Assembly: GCA_965227515.1 (NCBI GenBank) | Contig: CBDDFZ010000001.1 | Location: 2,944,001 to 3,008,000, forward strand | From: Alphaproteobacteria bacterium | Lineage (GTDB): Bacteria > Pseudomonadota > Alphaproteobacteria > CALKHQ01 | DNA: 64,000 nt | Direction of reading: 5' to 3' | Shown here: one piece after another, positions 17,823 to 27,357 of the stretch | How the letters are laid out: the number at the start of each line of letters is the position of its first letter | Numbering within the stretch: position 1 is the stretch's first letter | Position numbers and translations under genes: made by a program | Notes under the pieces: model-generated | Databases searched by the model: none | What the model saw: only the letters and a program-made list of their open reading frames with translations | What the model was told of the DNA's origin: nothing

Positions 17823-18791
17823 ATTAGCTCTACGCATAGCCGCGTCGGCTATGCCTGCGACGGGGCGACGACGGTGTTCAACGTCACGTTTCCGTTCTTC
17901 GATGGCGATGACCTGGAGGTCATCGAACGCGTCGCCGTCAGCGGCGCCGAAACGCTGAAGGCCAATGGCGCCGACTACGCCGTCACCGGCGGCGGTGGAT
18001 CGACCGGTACCGTTGTGGCGACGGCGGCGCCGGCATCTGGCCTGGAATGGCACGTGCGGCGCGTCACCGGGCGGTTGCAGCAGACCGACTACACGGCCAA
18101 TGACCCGTTCCCGGCGGAAACGCATGAGACCGCGCTCGACCGACTGACGGCCATCGCCCAGGAACTCGACGAGCAGGGCAGCCGCGCGCTGCGCTACCCG
18201 TCGACCGACAGCTCGTCCCTGTCCGCGGCGATCCCGAACAGCGTCGACCGCGCCAGCGCCTATCTGGCGTTCGATGCCAGCGGCGAGCCCATCGCGTCCA
18301 CCGGGCCGACCGGCGACAGTGCGATCCCGGTGTCGACCTACGCCGAGACGCTGTTGGACGATGCCGACGCCGCCACCGCGCGGGCAACGCTGGGCCTCGG
18401 CACGGCCGCGGTCGGCGATATCGGCACCGACGTCCAGGCCTACGACGCCGACACGCTGAAGGCGGACACCGACGACACCCTGACCGCCGGGTTCGCGGCC
18501 ACCGCCGAGGACCTGGGCACCATCACCACCGGCACGACGACGCTGGCATTCTCGAACAGCAACGTGAAGACGGCGCTCAACGGTGGCGCGCACACGCTGG
18601 CGCCGCCGTCGAGCGGCGAGGGCACGATCGTGCTGCAACTCACCAACAACGGCAGTGCCGGCGCGGTGACCGTGTCGGGTTTCACCGCCGTGACCGGCGA
18701 CAGCCTGACCACGACCGACGGCGACGACTTCCTGCTCTACGTCACCCGGGTCAACGGCTTCTCCCACCTGCATGCGGTGGCGCTGCAATGA
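17817..18791 (+). CDS. Tail fibre protein with T7 gp17-like N-terminal anchor
   Basis: Y..DG.TT.F..TFPF, Q.TDY.....FPAETHETALDRLT..AQEL, TLLDDADAATARATLGL. Confidence 0.88.
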   Translation: MTISSTHSRVGYACDGATTVFNVTFPFFDGDDLEVIERVAVSGAETLKANGADYAVTGGGGSTGTVVATAAPASGLEWHVRRVTGRLQQTDYTANDPFPAETHETALDRLTAIAQELDEQGSRALRYPSTDSSSLSAAIPNSVDRASAYLAFDASGEPIASTGPTGDSAIPVSTYAETLLDDADAATARATLGLGTAAVGDIGTDVQAYDADTLKADTDDTLTAGFAATAEDLGTITTGTTTLAFSNSNVKTALNGGAHTLAPPSSGEGTIVLQLTNNGSAGAVTVSGFTAVTGDSLTTTDGDDFLLYVTRVNGFSHLHAVALQ

Positions 18792-19570
18792 CCTTTCCGT
18801 TTCCAGTCCCACCGCCGGTGGCGGGGATCGTCACCGACGGCTTGGCGCTGCACCTGGATGCCGGCGATGCCGCGTCCTACGGCGGGTCGGGCCAGACGGT
18901 CACCGACCTGTCCGGTGCGGGCAACGACTTCTATCTGGGGTCGACCAGCGGTGTCGAAAGCGTCGATCCGGCCTTCAATGGGGTGGCCGGCGCCAAGAGC
19001 GGCAGCGAGTATTTCTCGACCGATGGCGGCGACCATATGGACCTGGCGGCAGCGCATTCCGGCGAATTCATCCGCGAGGTGGGGCGCAGCGACACGCCGA
19101 CAACCATCGAGCTGTGGGTCTACATGGCCACCAGCTCCAGCGAGCAGATGCTGTTCTCCAACAGCTACTCGGCCAGCGGGCCAGCGACGACCGGCATTCA
19201 GTTCTACTGGTTGTCCGGCGACGGGCTGCGCATGTCGACGGTCGGCAGCTCGACATCCAACACGCAAGACACGTCGGGCACGTTCTCGTTGGCGGCGTGG
19301 CACCAAATCGCCTGGGCCGGCCAGCTCGACGGGGCCACGACCTGCCGCTTCCTGGTCGATGGGGTGACCGACAGCACGTACACCAAGGCGGGCCTGTTCA
19401 CGGCGGGCGACAGCACCTATGTGCCCCGCCTGATGCGCCGCCAGGGCTCGCCGTTCTACGGCATGGAAAGCGGCGGCCGGCTGGCCATCGCGCGGATCTA
19501 CAGCCGCGTCCTGAGCGAGGCGGAACTGCAACGGAACTTCAACGCCCAGAAATCGAGGTTCGGCCTATGA
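18788..19570 (+). CDS. LamG/ConA-like lectin-fold virion protein (receptor-binding candidate)
   Basis: IVTDGLALHLDAGDAASY.GSG.T..DLSG.GN, TIELWV, ARIYSRVLSEAELQRNFNAQKSRFGL. Confidence 0.82.
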   Translation: MTFPFPVPPPVAGIVTDGLALHLDAGDAASYGGSGQTVTDLSGAGNDFYLGSTSGVESVDPAFNGVAGAKSGSEYFSTDGGDHMDLAAAHSGEFIREVGRSDTPTTIELWVYMATSSSEQMLFSNSYSASGPATTGIQFYWLSGDGLRMSTVGSSTSNTQDTSGTFSLAAWHQIAWAGQLDGATTCRFLVDGVTDSTYTKAGLFTAGDSTYVPRLMRRQGSPFYGMESGGRLAIARIYSRVLSEAELQRNFNAQKSRFGL

Positions 19571-19917
19571 CCGACTACATCGACCCCAACGACCCGACAG
19601 GCCGGCGCTACCCCGCCGGCGTGTCGCGGCAGAAGCTGCCGAATGGCGACACCTGCCTGACGCCGCTGGACGAGAATACCGCCATGACCGCCGGCCTGCT
19701 GCCGGTGGAAGAGGTGCGGCCCGCCCTGGCTGACGATGAGGAACTGGGCGACCCAACCCCGGAGGTGCGCGCCGACAAGGTGGTGCTGACCTACGCCAAG
19801 CGCCGCAGGTCCGCGACCGATCTGGCCGCCGAGGCCCGTGCGCGCCGCGACCTGCTGGCGGAGCTGGATGCGCTCGCCGCCCGCGTCGACGCATTGGAAA
19901 TTCAACTGCAACCCTAG
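19567..19917 (+). CDS. Hypothetical phage protein (fibre-associated)
   Basis: ATGA overlap; MTDYIDPND... 116 aa with C-terminal coiled coil. Confidence 0.65.
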   Translation: MTDYIDPNDPTGRRYPAGVSRQKLPNGDTCLTPLDENTAMTAGLLPVEEVRPALADDEELGDPTPEVRADKVVLTYAKRRRSATDLAAEARARRDLLAELDALAARVDALEIQLQP

Positions 19918-19927
19918 GAGATTTCAC

Positions 19928-20329
19928 ATGATCCGTTATCGCGCCGCCCTCGGGGCCCTCCCCTGGGCGGCTTTTTTGTTGGCGGTTTGGCTCGGCATGT
20001 CCCTGGTGGCGGCGCGGGCCGATGCCCAGGATTGCCGGTCGCCGATGGACATCGTGGCGGCGGCCGCCGCCGATGGCGTGGAGGTGGTCGTGCTCGACCC
20101 GGCGGCCTCCGCGACCGCCATGGCGGCCTACAACGCCATTCCCCCGGTCACCGCCTATGCCCATGACACGGTGGCCTACGCGCCGGTGATGACCCAGCGC
20201 GGTCCGGCCGTGGTGTGGATGTTCTTTGCCGATGGCTGTTTGGCCGCCCACGACATCCTGCCGGTCGGCCTGTCCGAACGGCTGTTCGACGCCATTGCCG
20301 GCGGCGGCGGGCAACCTGTCGGTGGTTGA
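19928..20329 (+). CDS. Hypothetical exported protein
   Basis: GGAG RBS, signal-peptide-like N-terminus ending ADA. Confidence 0.6.
   Translation: MIRYRAALGALPWAAFLLAVWLGMSLVAARADAQDCRSPMDIVAAAAADGVEVVVLDPAASATAMAAYNAIPPVTAYAHDTVAYAPVMTQRGPAVVWMFFADGCLAAHDILPVGLSERLFDAIAGGGGQPVGG
19943..19977 (+). terminator. Terminator-like hairpin inside the start of the 19928 ORF
   Basis: GCCGCCC...GGGCGGC stem followed by TTTTTT. Confidence 0.6.
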
Positions 20330-20347
20330 GCCGATTGCGGTGCCCCG

Positions 20348-20803
20348 ATGATCGACCAAGACCTTTCCAGGCGCCTCGATGCCATGGAGGCACGCCTGCG
20401 TCAGCCGGCGCCGCTGGCCCTCGACCGCAAGGTCTCCATCGGCGTGATCTTCGCGCTGATCGTGCAGGCGGCTCTCGGCGTCTGGTGGGCCAGCAAGCTC
20501 GACAGCCAGGTGACGGCCAACGCCGTCGCGGCCGCCGAGGCGCGCAATTTCACCATCGCCGAAGTGGCGCGCCTTGCCCAGATCATCGCCGACAACCGCG
20601 AGTGGCAGATCGAGCAGCGGGTGCGGGTGTGGGACCGCGTCAACGACCAGGGCCTCGCCATCGAACAGATGGGCCGCAACATGGCCACCCAACTCGCGAT
20701 GCTGGAGGGCGTGCGCGACGAGGTGCGCGAGACCAAGCGCTCGGTCGACCGGCTGGTGGAACGCCTGTTGGACCAGCGGGGCGGTTTCGCGCCGCCCGAA
20801 TGA
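20348..20803 (+). CDS. Single-TM coiled-coil protein of the lysis region
   Basis: LDRKVSIGVIFALIVQAALGVWWAS TM segment then coiled coil; precedes the endolysin. Confidence 0.65.
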   Translation: MIDQDLSRRLDAMEARLRQPAPLALDRKVSIGVIFALIVQAALGVWWASKLDSQVTANAVAAAEARNFTIAEVARLAQIIADNREWQIEQRVRVWDRVNDQGLAIEQMGRNMATQLAMLEGVRDEVRETKRSVDRLVERLLDQRGGFAPPE

Positions 20804-20819
20804 CAGGAGACTGTCTGAC

Positions 20820-21719
20820 ATGCACATCGACTCAGACGGCTGGATCGACGGGGCGACCCGCCGGCCCAGCCCGCACGTCGGCGGCGAGATAGAGCCGCTG
20901 ATCGTGGTCAACCACTGGACCGCCGGCGGCGGTGCCGACATCTCGGTCCAGGTGCTGGAGAACCGGGGCCTGTGCGCCCAGCTGGTCGGCCCGCGCGAGG
21001 GCGGGTTCATCCAGTGCGCGCCGCTACACCGCTTCGGCCACCACGCCGGGGTGTCGTCGTGGCGTGGCATGTCGAGCTGCAGCCGGTTCGCCATCGGCAT
21101 CGAGTGGGCGAACTGGGGGCCGCTGTTCTACGACGAGAAGCACGGTCAGTGGTTCACTGCCTATTTCAACGAGCGCACGGGCCTCAGCGTGCCCTACCAC
21201 GGCGCCGAGCCGGTGAAGGTGAAGGGCACCGGGGTGACGATCCAGCATCACGGCGGGCCCTGGCAGGCGGCCGACTGGTTCGAGCCGTTCTCGCCCTATC
21301 AGATCGAGACGGCGGAGGAGGCGCACCTGGCAATGGCCGCGCGCTATCCCTCGCTGGTCGAGGCGGTCGATCACGCCACCATCTGCCCCGGCCGCAAGGT
21401 CGATTGCATTCCCTGGCAGCCGATGATCGCCGGCTGGGGCCAGGCGTTCGCCGGCCGTGACCTGCAACAGAGGCCCAGCGTGGGGCCGGCGAGCGAGGCC
21501 GACCGCCCGCTGACCAACGCGCGCCGCGCGCAGGAGGCGCTGAACGCCCTAGGCCACCGCGGGCGCGACGGCAAGCCGCTGCTGCCCGACGGCATCATGG
21601 GGCCGCAGACCCACCACGCGATCCGCAGTTTCCAGATCGCCCAGGGCCTGCAGAAAACCGGGGTGCTCGACAGCGCAACCGTGCCGCTGCTGCTGCCGGA
21701 GGAACAGGCAGCGGCCTGA
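20820..21719 (+). CDS. Endolysin: N-acetylmuramoyl-L-alanine amidase with C-terminal peptidoglycan-binding domain
   Basis: NHWTAG, HHAGVSSW, AIGIEWAN, DH..I.PGRKVD; DGIMGPQT..AIRSFQ..QGL..TG. Confidence 0.9.
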   Translation: MHIDSDGWIDGATRRPSPHVGGEIEPLIVVNHWTAGGGADISVQVLENRGLCAQLVGPREGGFIQCAPLHRFGHHAGVSSWRGMSSCSRFAIGIEWANWGPLFYDEKHGQWFTAYFNERTGLSVPYHGAEPVKVKGTGVTIQHHGGPWQAADWFEPFSPYQIETAEEAHLAMAARYPSLVEAVDHATICPGRKVDCIPWQPMIAGWGQAFAGRDLQQRPSVGPASEADRPLTNARRAQEALNALGHRGRDGKPLLPDGIMGPQTHHAIRSFQIAQGLQKTGVLDSATVPLLLPEEQAAA

Positions 21720-21744
21720 CCGCCCCTCAATCCCTGACCTGACC

Positions 21745-21766
21745 GCCCGGCACCTGCCGGGTTTTT
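21745..21766 (+). terminator. Terminator-like hairpin between endolysin and holin-like gene
   Basis: GCCCGGCA-CC-TGCCGGGT followed by TTTT. Confidence 0.55.
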
Positions 21767-21787
21767 CATGCCTGAACGGAGGTGAGA

Positions 21788-21949
21788 ATGCAGCGATTCA
21801 ACAAGGCCACCGCGGCCGCCGTTGCCGGCGCCATCGGCGTCGTCATCGGTGCGGTCTTTCCGGAGATCGAGCCCGAGGTGGTCGCGGCCGGCACCACCAT
21901 CGTGACCGCACTGCTGGTCTACCTGGTGCCGAACCGGGAGGCGGCCTGA
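21788..21949 (+). CDS. 53-aa two-TM holin-like protein (not in ORF track)
   Basis: MQRFNKATAAAVAGAIGVVIGAVFPEIEPEVVAAGTTIVTALLVYLVPNREAA; GGAGGT RBS. Confidence 0.75.
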   Translation: MQRFNKATAAAVAGAIGVVIGAVFPEIEPEVVAAGTTIVTALLVYLVPNREAA

Positions 21950-22278
21950 TGCGCGCCGGCAGCATCGCATTGTCGGCGGCCGGCCTGCTGGCGCTCGCCG
22001 GCTGTGCCACCGCTGGCGGCCTGGCGCGGCAGAACGCGGGCCTGGAGATCGACCCGTTGCTGGCCTGCCGCGCCTATGGCGCCACCCTGGGCGTATTGGC
22101 CACCCTGCGCGCCGGCGACGCGCTGAGCGACCGCCAGATCGCCGCCGTCGACCGCTGGCGCCCCGTGCTCAACGACATCTGCGAGGGCGCGTCCGTCGAC
22201 ACCGCTTTCGACACCACCACTCTGCTCGAAGCCGGGCTTGCCACCCTCATCGCCATCGAAAAGGAGGCCACGCCATGA
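21949..22278 (+). CDS. Phage lipoprotein (spanin-like position)
   Basis: Lipobox LAG-C; TGATG coupling to the holin-like gene. Confidence 0.7.
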   Translation: MRAGSIALSAAGLLALAGCATAGGLARQNAGLEIDPLLACRAYGATLGVLATLRAGDALSDRQIAAVDRWRPVLNDICEGASVDTAFDTTTLLEAGLATLIAIEKEATP

Positions 22279-22445
22279 ACCCCGCCCACATCTATGCCGG
22301 CCTGCAAGTGATCGCCGAACTCAGCGACCTGCTCAGCGCCTACCAGGCCGGCGACATGACCGAGCAGGACCTGAAGCGCGAATGGAAATCGACGCTCAGG
22401 ACCATCGACAATGCCAACCGCTTATGGGAGGAGGCGGCCGGTTAG
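22275..22445 (+). CDS. 56-aa hypothetical protein (not in ORF track)
   Basis: AAGGAGG RBS, ATGA overlap; MNPAHIYAGLQVIAELSDLL...WEEAAG. Confidence 0.65.
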   Translation: MNPAHIYAGLQVIAELSDLLSAYQAGDMTEQDLKREWKSTLRTIDNANRLWEEAAG

Positions 22446-22515
22446 CCGAAGCCGTGCACCGGGCTGCGCCAAACGATTGCCTTTCGGGCCGCGTTTGCAC
22501 TAGGTTCCACCGCGT

Positions 22516-22592
<77 letters not shown>

Positions 22593-22602
22593 TCACTCAA
22601 TC

Positions 22603-23898
22603 TGTCCGACCCGGAGACATAGGTAACAGTTTGTACCTAAGACATGGGTGACAACCTCGTGCCGAACGGGCTGTCGAGTGTCTGCAGTGTTTTCTGCTCC
22701 AGGTCGATGTATCCGAGATCGTAGTGCATGAAGCTGACGAGCCATATGCCCTCGTCGACCTCTTTGATTCCCAGGCGCTGTCCGGCCATGACGGTTGAGA
22801 TGTTGATCTTCTTTCGGTGCAGGCACAGCCGCCCGCATGAGGTGACGACGACATCCCGGTCGTGGAACGGATAGTCGAGCTCGGTCAAGCCGCGATAGGG
22901 CTTGGCTGAGGGGGTGTAGACCTCTGCCGGGCACTTCATGGCGAGCGCCTCATGCGGGCGCTCGGTATTGAACTCGGCGACGAAGGCGTCGAAGCGGGCC
23001 TGCTGCTGTAGGATGTTGGCGCCGGCCGGCTTGGTGGTCTCCTTCTTCAGGGTCAGGTGCATGCGTTCATGGCGGCCGTTCTGCTGCGGATGGCCGGGTT
23101 TGATGCGCTCGATCGCGATCCCCAGCCTCAGCCACCAGACCGCGAGCCTGGAGAGGTTGTAGAGCCCGTTCGGACTGGCGAATGGCAGGCCGTTGTCGGA
23201 GCGCATCGCATCGGGCAGGCCGAACTCCTGGAACAGGCGCTCGAAGACCGGGAAGGCATGCGCCTCCTTGGTCGTCTCAAGGGCTTCGCAGCCCAGGATG
23301 AAGCGCGAGGCCTGGTCGGTCACCGTCAGGGGGTAACAATAGCGGCCGGTGCCGAGCTTGAACTCGCCCTTGAAGTCGGTGCACCACAGCGCATTGGGGA
23401 CATGGGCCGTCGACAGCGGCGTGCCCGCCGCCTTGTGGCGCCGGCGCCGGGCGCGCTGGACCAGGCCGTGGCGGTCGAGCACCGCATGCACCGTGCTCCT
23501 GGCGGGAATGCGCACGTCGCCGGCAAGACGGCGCACCAACACCTCCCGGATCTTGCGTGCGCCCCAGTGCGGCTTCTCTTTCTTCGTCGCGACGATCAGC
23601 CGCTCGACCGCGGCCGGCAGCTGGTTGGCGTAGCGCACCGGGCGGCGAGACCGGTCGCTCAGCGCATGCACACCCTCCGCCTGATACCGCTTGAAAATCT
23701 TGTAGCCGGTCTTCCGGGATATCCCGAAAGACCGACAAACCGCGCTCATGCTCTCGCCTTCCAGCAAACGGGCCACAAACCGCAGGCGTTCCTCCATAAC
23801 CGTACTCCGTCTCCACGGCATCAACACCCCCGGCCAAAAGGCCAAAAGTGTTACCCATGTCTCCGGTACGATCCGTCACCTATCTCTCCGACCGCTCA
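22603..23898 (-). mobile_element. IS481 family insertion sequence
   Basis: Imperfect IRs TGTCCGACCCGGAGACATAGGTAACA / CGTCACCTATCTCTCCGACCGCTCA with repeated sub-terminal sites; ATC on both flanks. Confidence 0.85.
22637..23821 (-). CDS. IS481 family DDE transposase
   Basis: MPW...VMEERLRFV HTH, WCTDFKG, RSDNG, PQQNGRHERMH. Confidence 0.93.
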   Translation of the reverse strand: MPWRRSTVMEERLRFVARLLEGESMSAVCRSFGISRKTGYKIFKRYQAEGVHALSDRSRRPVRYANQLPAAVERLIVATKKEKPHWGARKIREVLVRRLAGDVRIPARSTVHAVLDRHGLVQRARRRRHKAAGTPLSTAHVPNALWCTDFKGEFKLGTGRYCYPLTVTDQASRFILGCEALETTKEAHAFPVFERLFQEFGLPDAMRSDNGLPFASPNGLYNLSRLAVWWLRLGIAIERIKPGHPQQNGRHERMHLTLKKETTKPAGANILQQQARFDAFVAEFNTERPHEALAMKCPAEVYTPSAKPYRGLTELDYPFHDRDVVVTSCGRLCLHRKKINISTVMAGQRLGIKEVDEGIWLVSFMHYDLGYIDLEQKTLQTLDSPFGTRLSPMS

Positions 23899-24186
23899 AT
23901 CCCCCTTTGCTGCGGTTTGAAATGGCGACCGCGGCGTTCCCGTTCGAACATCGTCCGCAGCGAGGGCATAGCCTTCGGAGCACGCGAGGGGGTGCGCCCA
24001 CCTTGTGGGGTTTGTTGTGCCGCTGCCGTAGTAATCGGTCCATCTATAAGTATGTGTTAGCGCGAATAGTTCTCCCTTCGCGTTAACGTGGAAAAAAGAC
24101 CTCCTGAATAGTGTGCGGATATCGACCAGGTTGGCGGTCTGATGAATGGGGCAACCGCCAACATCCCCACCTGTCGGAGAGCTCCA

Positions 24187-25890
24187 ATGCTGTCTATCGT
24201 TCGCGCGCTCGGCGTGCGCGCCAAGATCCTTGCCGCCTTCCTCGTTCTGTCGCTGCTCGTAGCCATTACAGGCGCCGTCGGCGTCTTCATGAACGCCAGT
24301 ATCTCCGACCGTGGCAACGAAGTGGGTGCCGTCCTGGCGCCGCTTGGCGATGCGGCGATGGAGATCAAGCTGACCGCCACCCATGCCCACCTGCTGTTCG
24401 AGGAGATCATGGCTGGGGACGAGGGCGAGGATATCAACGAGGTCTGGGCACTGCTCGACGAGACACGCTTCTACGTCAACGCGGTATTGTCCGGCGGCGC
24501 CAACGACGAGGGCACCTTCCATCCGTCATCGAACCCGGAGGTTCGCGCCAACATCGAGGCGGTCGCCGCCGATCTGGAGGAGTTCATCGCAGCCGGCCAG
24601 GCCCGCTATGCGGGTCGCGGCGAGGATCATGGCGCCGGCAGCGCAGCCGATGAGATGTTCGACCGGACGTTCGAGTCCCTGATCGAACGGGCCGACGCCG
24701 CCGAGGAGTTGATCCACGACGACATGGATGCCGGGCTCGCCGCGTTGGGGCGCGCCAGTGCGGAGTCTGAAATCGCGGTTGCCGTGACGACCGTCGTCAG
24801 CCTGCTTGTCGCCATTGCACTGTCCGTCCTGATTGGCCGCAGTGTGGCGGGCCGGCTGCGCGCAATGTCGGCGACGATGGACAAACTTGCCGCCGGCGAC
24901 ACTTCTGCGGCCCCTGGCTTCACCGAGGATCGCGATGAGATCGGTTCCATGGCCCGCGCCGTGGCCGTGTTCCGCGACAATGCGATCGAGCGTGCGCGCA
25001 TGTCCGAAGCCAAGGAAACCGAGCAGGCTGCGCAGACCGAACGCGCCAAGCGCGTCCGCGACTTGTGCGCGGCATTCGACAAGCGGGCTGAATCCGTTCT
25101 GTCGGCCGTGACCGGCGCATCCTCACAACTGCAGGCTGCGGCTGAGTCGATGTCGGCGGCCACCGAAAGCACGGCCGCGCGGACAGGCGTGGTCTCCGCG
25201 GCCGCTGAAGGCGCGACGTCGAATGTACAACTCGCGGCGTCCGGCGCGCAGGAGCTGTCTTCGTCGATTGCGGAGATCGTGCGTCAGGTATCGCAGTCCA
25301 GCAACTTCGCCAGCGATGCGGTGACAAAGACCGAGGACGTGACGAACCAGATGCGCGGCCTGGACAACGCGGCACAGAAGATCGGCGACGTCATCGGCCT
25401 GATCAGCGACATCGCCGAGCAGACCAATCTTCTGGCGCTCAATGCGACCATCGAGGCCGCAAGGGCGGGCGAGGCCGGCAAGGGGTTTGCCGTTGTCGCG
25501 TCGGAAGTGAAGAGCCTGGCCAACCAGACCGCCAAGGCGACCGGCGAGATCGCCGGCCAGATCGGCGGCATGCAGTCCGCCGCCTCAGAGGCCGTGGCGG
25601 CGATTGACGGCATCCGTGAGATCATTGGCCAGATCAGCGAGAACGCGGCTGGCATCGCGTCCGCGGTCGACCAGCAGAACGCGGCCACCGAGGAAATTGC
25701 GCGCAGCATCGAGCAGGCGTCGGAAGGGACAATGGAGGTTTCGAGCAATATCTCCACGGTCAACGACGCCACGGCTCAGAATGGCGAAGCTGCCAGGCAG
25801 GTGCTGCAGTCGGCCAGCGACCTGTCCGGCCAGTCCAACGAGCTTCAGTCCGCGGTGAAGGAGTTCCTGCAGTCGGTACGCGCCGCCTGA
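24187..25890 (+). CDS. Methyl-accepting chemotaxis protein (2 TM, HAMP, MA domain)
   Basis: [34 protein letters not shown]; [13 protein letters not shown]. Confidence 0.95.
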   Translation: MLSIVRALGVRAKILAAFLVLSLLVAITGAVGVFMNASISDRGNEVGAVLAPLGDAAMEIKLTATHAHLLFEEIMAGDEGEDINEVWALLDETRFYVNAVLSGGANDEGTFHPSSNPEVRANIEAVAADLEEFIAAGQARYAGRGEDHGAGSAADEMFDRTFESLIERADAAEELIHDDMDAGLAALGRASAESEIAVAVTTVVSLLVAIALSVLIGRSVAGRLRAMSATMDKLAAGDTSAAPGFTEDRDEIGSMARAVAVFRDNAIERARMSEAKETEQAAQTERAKRVRDLCAAFDKRAESVLSAVTGASSQLQAAAESMSAATESTAARTGVVSAAAEGATSNVQLAASGAQELSSSIAEIVRQVSQSSNFASDAVTKTEDVTNQMRGLDNAAQKIGDVIGLISDIAEQTNLLALNATIEAARAGEAGKGFAVVASEVKSLANQTAKATGEIAGQIGGMQSAASEAVAAIDGIREIIGQISENAAGIASAVDQQNAATEEIARSIEQASEGTMEVSSNISTVNDATAQNGEAARQVLQSASDLSGQSNELQSAVKEFLQSVRAA

Positions 25891-25930
25891 CGGCACTCGG
25901 GCCCTCGGAATGGCGGCCGCGTCTCGCGTA

Positions 25931-26671
25931 CTAACGCGGAATGCGGCCGTAGCCGATGGCGAACACGTCGCCGGTCGGCAGCCCGGTCGGCGAACCGCCG
26001 GCAGGCTCGAACGTGATCTCGTAGAGCTGGTCTTCCTGCGGCGCCGGCACGCCCTCTGCCGCCAGGTCCAGTGTCTGGGCGGCATCGACGATGCCGAGCG
26101 AGACAGGGCCCACATCCTCCGACCACTTGGTCCAGACCTGCATGGTGCGATTGTCGGGCACGTTGACGTCGACCAGCGGGATGAACCGGGCCTGCGCACC
26201 GCCGAAGTCCTCGATCAGCACCACCGGCTGGCCGGTATCGTTCAGCAGCACGGCGACCACTTCCGGCTCCGGCTGTGTCATCAGCATCCACACCAGCGCC
26301 ACCGCCAGCAGCAGCGACGCCGCCATGCCCAGCATGGCCAGCGGGCGCCAGGCCGCGCGCCGGTTGTCGTTCGCCGCGCCGGTTGCGCCTGGACCCGGGA
26401 ACTCGACCAACGCGGCCGGTGCGCCGTCTGACGCCATCTGCGCCGCGCCGTCGAGCCGGGCGGCAATCCCCTCCCACAATGCCGGCGACACCGGCGCTGC
26501 ATCGGCCGTCATGTCCAGGTCGACGAACCGGTCGCGGCTCTCGGCCACCGCTGCGCGCAATTCGGCGTCGTGCTCCATCTCCGCGGCGACCCGCTCGTGC
26601 TCCGCCGGGTCGAGCAGACCGAGTACGAAGTCGTCGGCGCGCGCGCGGATGTCCTGGCCGGTCTCGCTCAT
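25931..26671 (-). CDS. Anti-sigma factor (RskA-like)
   Basis: ADDFVLGLL N-terminus, one TM, YEITFEPAGGSPTGLPTG C-terminus. Confidence 0.88.
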   Translation of the reverse strand: MSETGQDIRARADDFVLGLLDPAEHERVAAEMEHDAELRAAVAESRDRFVDLDMTADAAPVSPALWEGIAARLDGAAQMASDGAPAALVEFPGPGATGAANDNRRAAWRPLAMLGMAASLLLAVALVWMLMTQPEPEVVAVLLNDTGQPVVLIEDFGGAQARFIPLVDVNVPDNRTMQVWTKWSEDVGPVSLGIVDAAQTLDLAAEGVPAPQEDQLYEITFEPAGGSPTGLPTGDVFAIGYGRIPR

Positions 26672-27240
26672 GACAGACAGTCCCTGAGTGCCGCAAGCCC
26701 GCGGCGGATCCAGGCCTTGGCCGTACCCAGCGGTATCGCGAGCTTGCCGGCGATCTCGCCATGGGTGAAGCCGTAGACATAGGCCATCACGATCGAGCGC
26801 CGCCGCCGCTCATCCAGTTCGGACAGGCAGTTGCGCAACTGGCTGCGCGCGTCCAGCGCCGCCAGGACGGCGTCCGCGTCATCGGCCTGCGCGGCGGCTT
26901 CCTGTTCGGCTTGCGGATCGTCCTCGCTGAACGTCTCCCGCTTGCTATCCCTGATCAGGTTCAGCGCCCGGTTGCGGGCGATGGCGTAGATCCAGCCGCG
27001 CGGCGACCCGCGTTCCTGAGAGAACTGCGTTGCCTTGGTCCAGATTTGCACGAAGGCGTCCTGGACCACTTCTTCGGCCAGGTCGCGGCGGCGCACGATG
27101 CGCTGCACCACCGATACCATGCGTCCCGCCTCCAGATCGAAGATCAGGCGCAGGGCGTCACGGTCGCCGGTCGCGCAGCGCGACAGCGCATCGGCTAGTT
27201 CGGCCTGGTCATCTTGTGTCGGTGCGGTCTCGCCGGTCAT
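26668..27240 (-). CDS. ECF sigma-70 factor
   Basis: AEEVVQDAF, WIYAIARNRALN, EIAGKLAIPLGTAKAWIRRGL. Confidence 0.93.
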   Translation of the reverse strand: MTGETAPTQDDQAELADALSRCATGDRDALRLIFDLEAGRMVSVVQRIVRRRDLAEEVVQDAFVQIWTKATQFSQERGSPRGWIYAIARNRALNLIRDSKRETFSEDDPQAEQEAAAQADDADAVLAALDARSQLRNCLSELDERRRRSIVMAYVYGFTHGEIAGKLAIPLGTAKAWIRRGLAALRDCLS

Positions 27241-27357
27241 CCGTCTTCCACGGCAGCTGCCGCCACGTTACGGCTTCGCACCCGACCGGGCAACCAGGCC
27301 AGGGGCCAGGTCGCGCGATTGTCAGCGGCGAGGCCGGCGACTACGGCACAGGCGGCA

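Larger units (their letters stand above)
7699..22445 (+). mobile_element. Podophage-derived structural and lysis cluster without portal, terminase or integrase (domesticated particle or defective prophage)
   Basis: Co-oriented capsid, tail tube A/B, gp13/14-like, fibre, endolysin and holin-like genes; bounded directly by the LacI gene and tRNA-Pro. Confidence 0.85.

Noticed and set aside
17817-19917. Diversity-generating retroelement acting on the tail fibres
   Set aside because: No reverse transcriptase and no template/variable repeat pair seen in the window.
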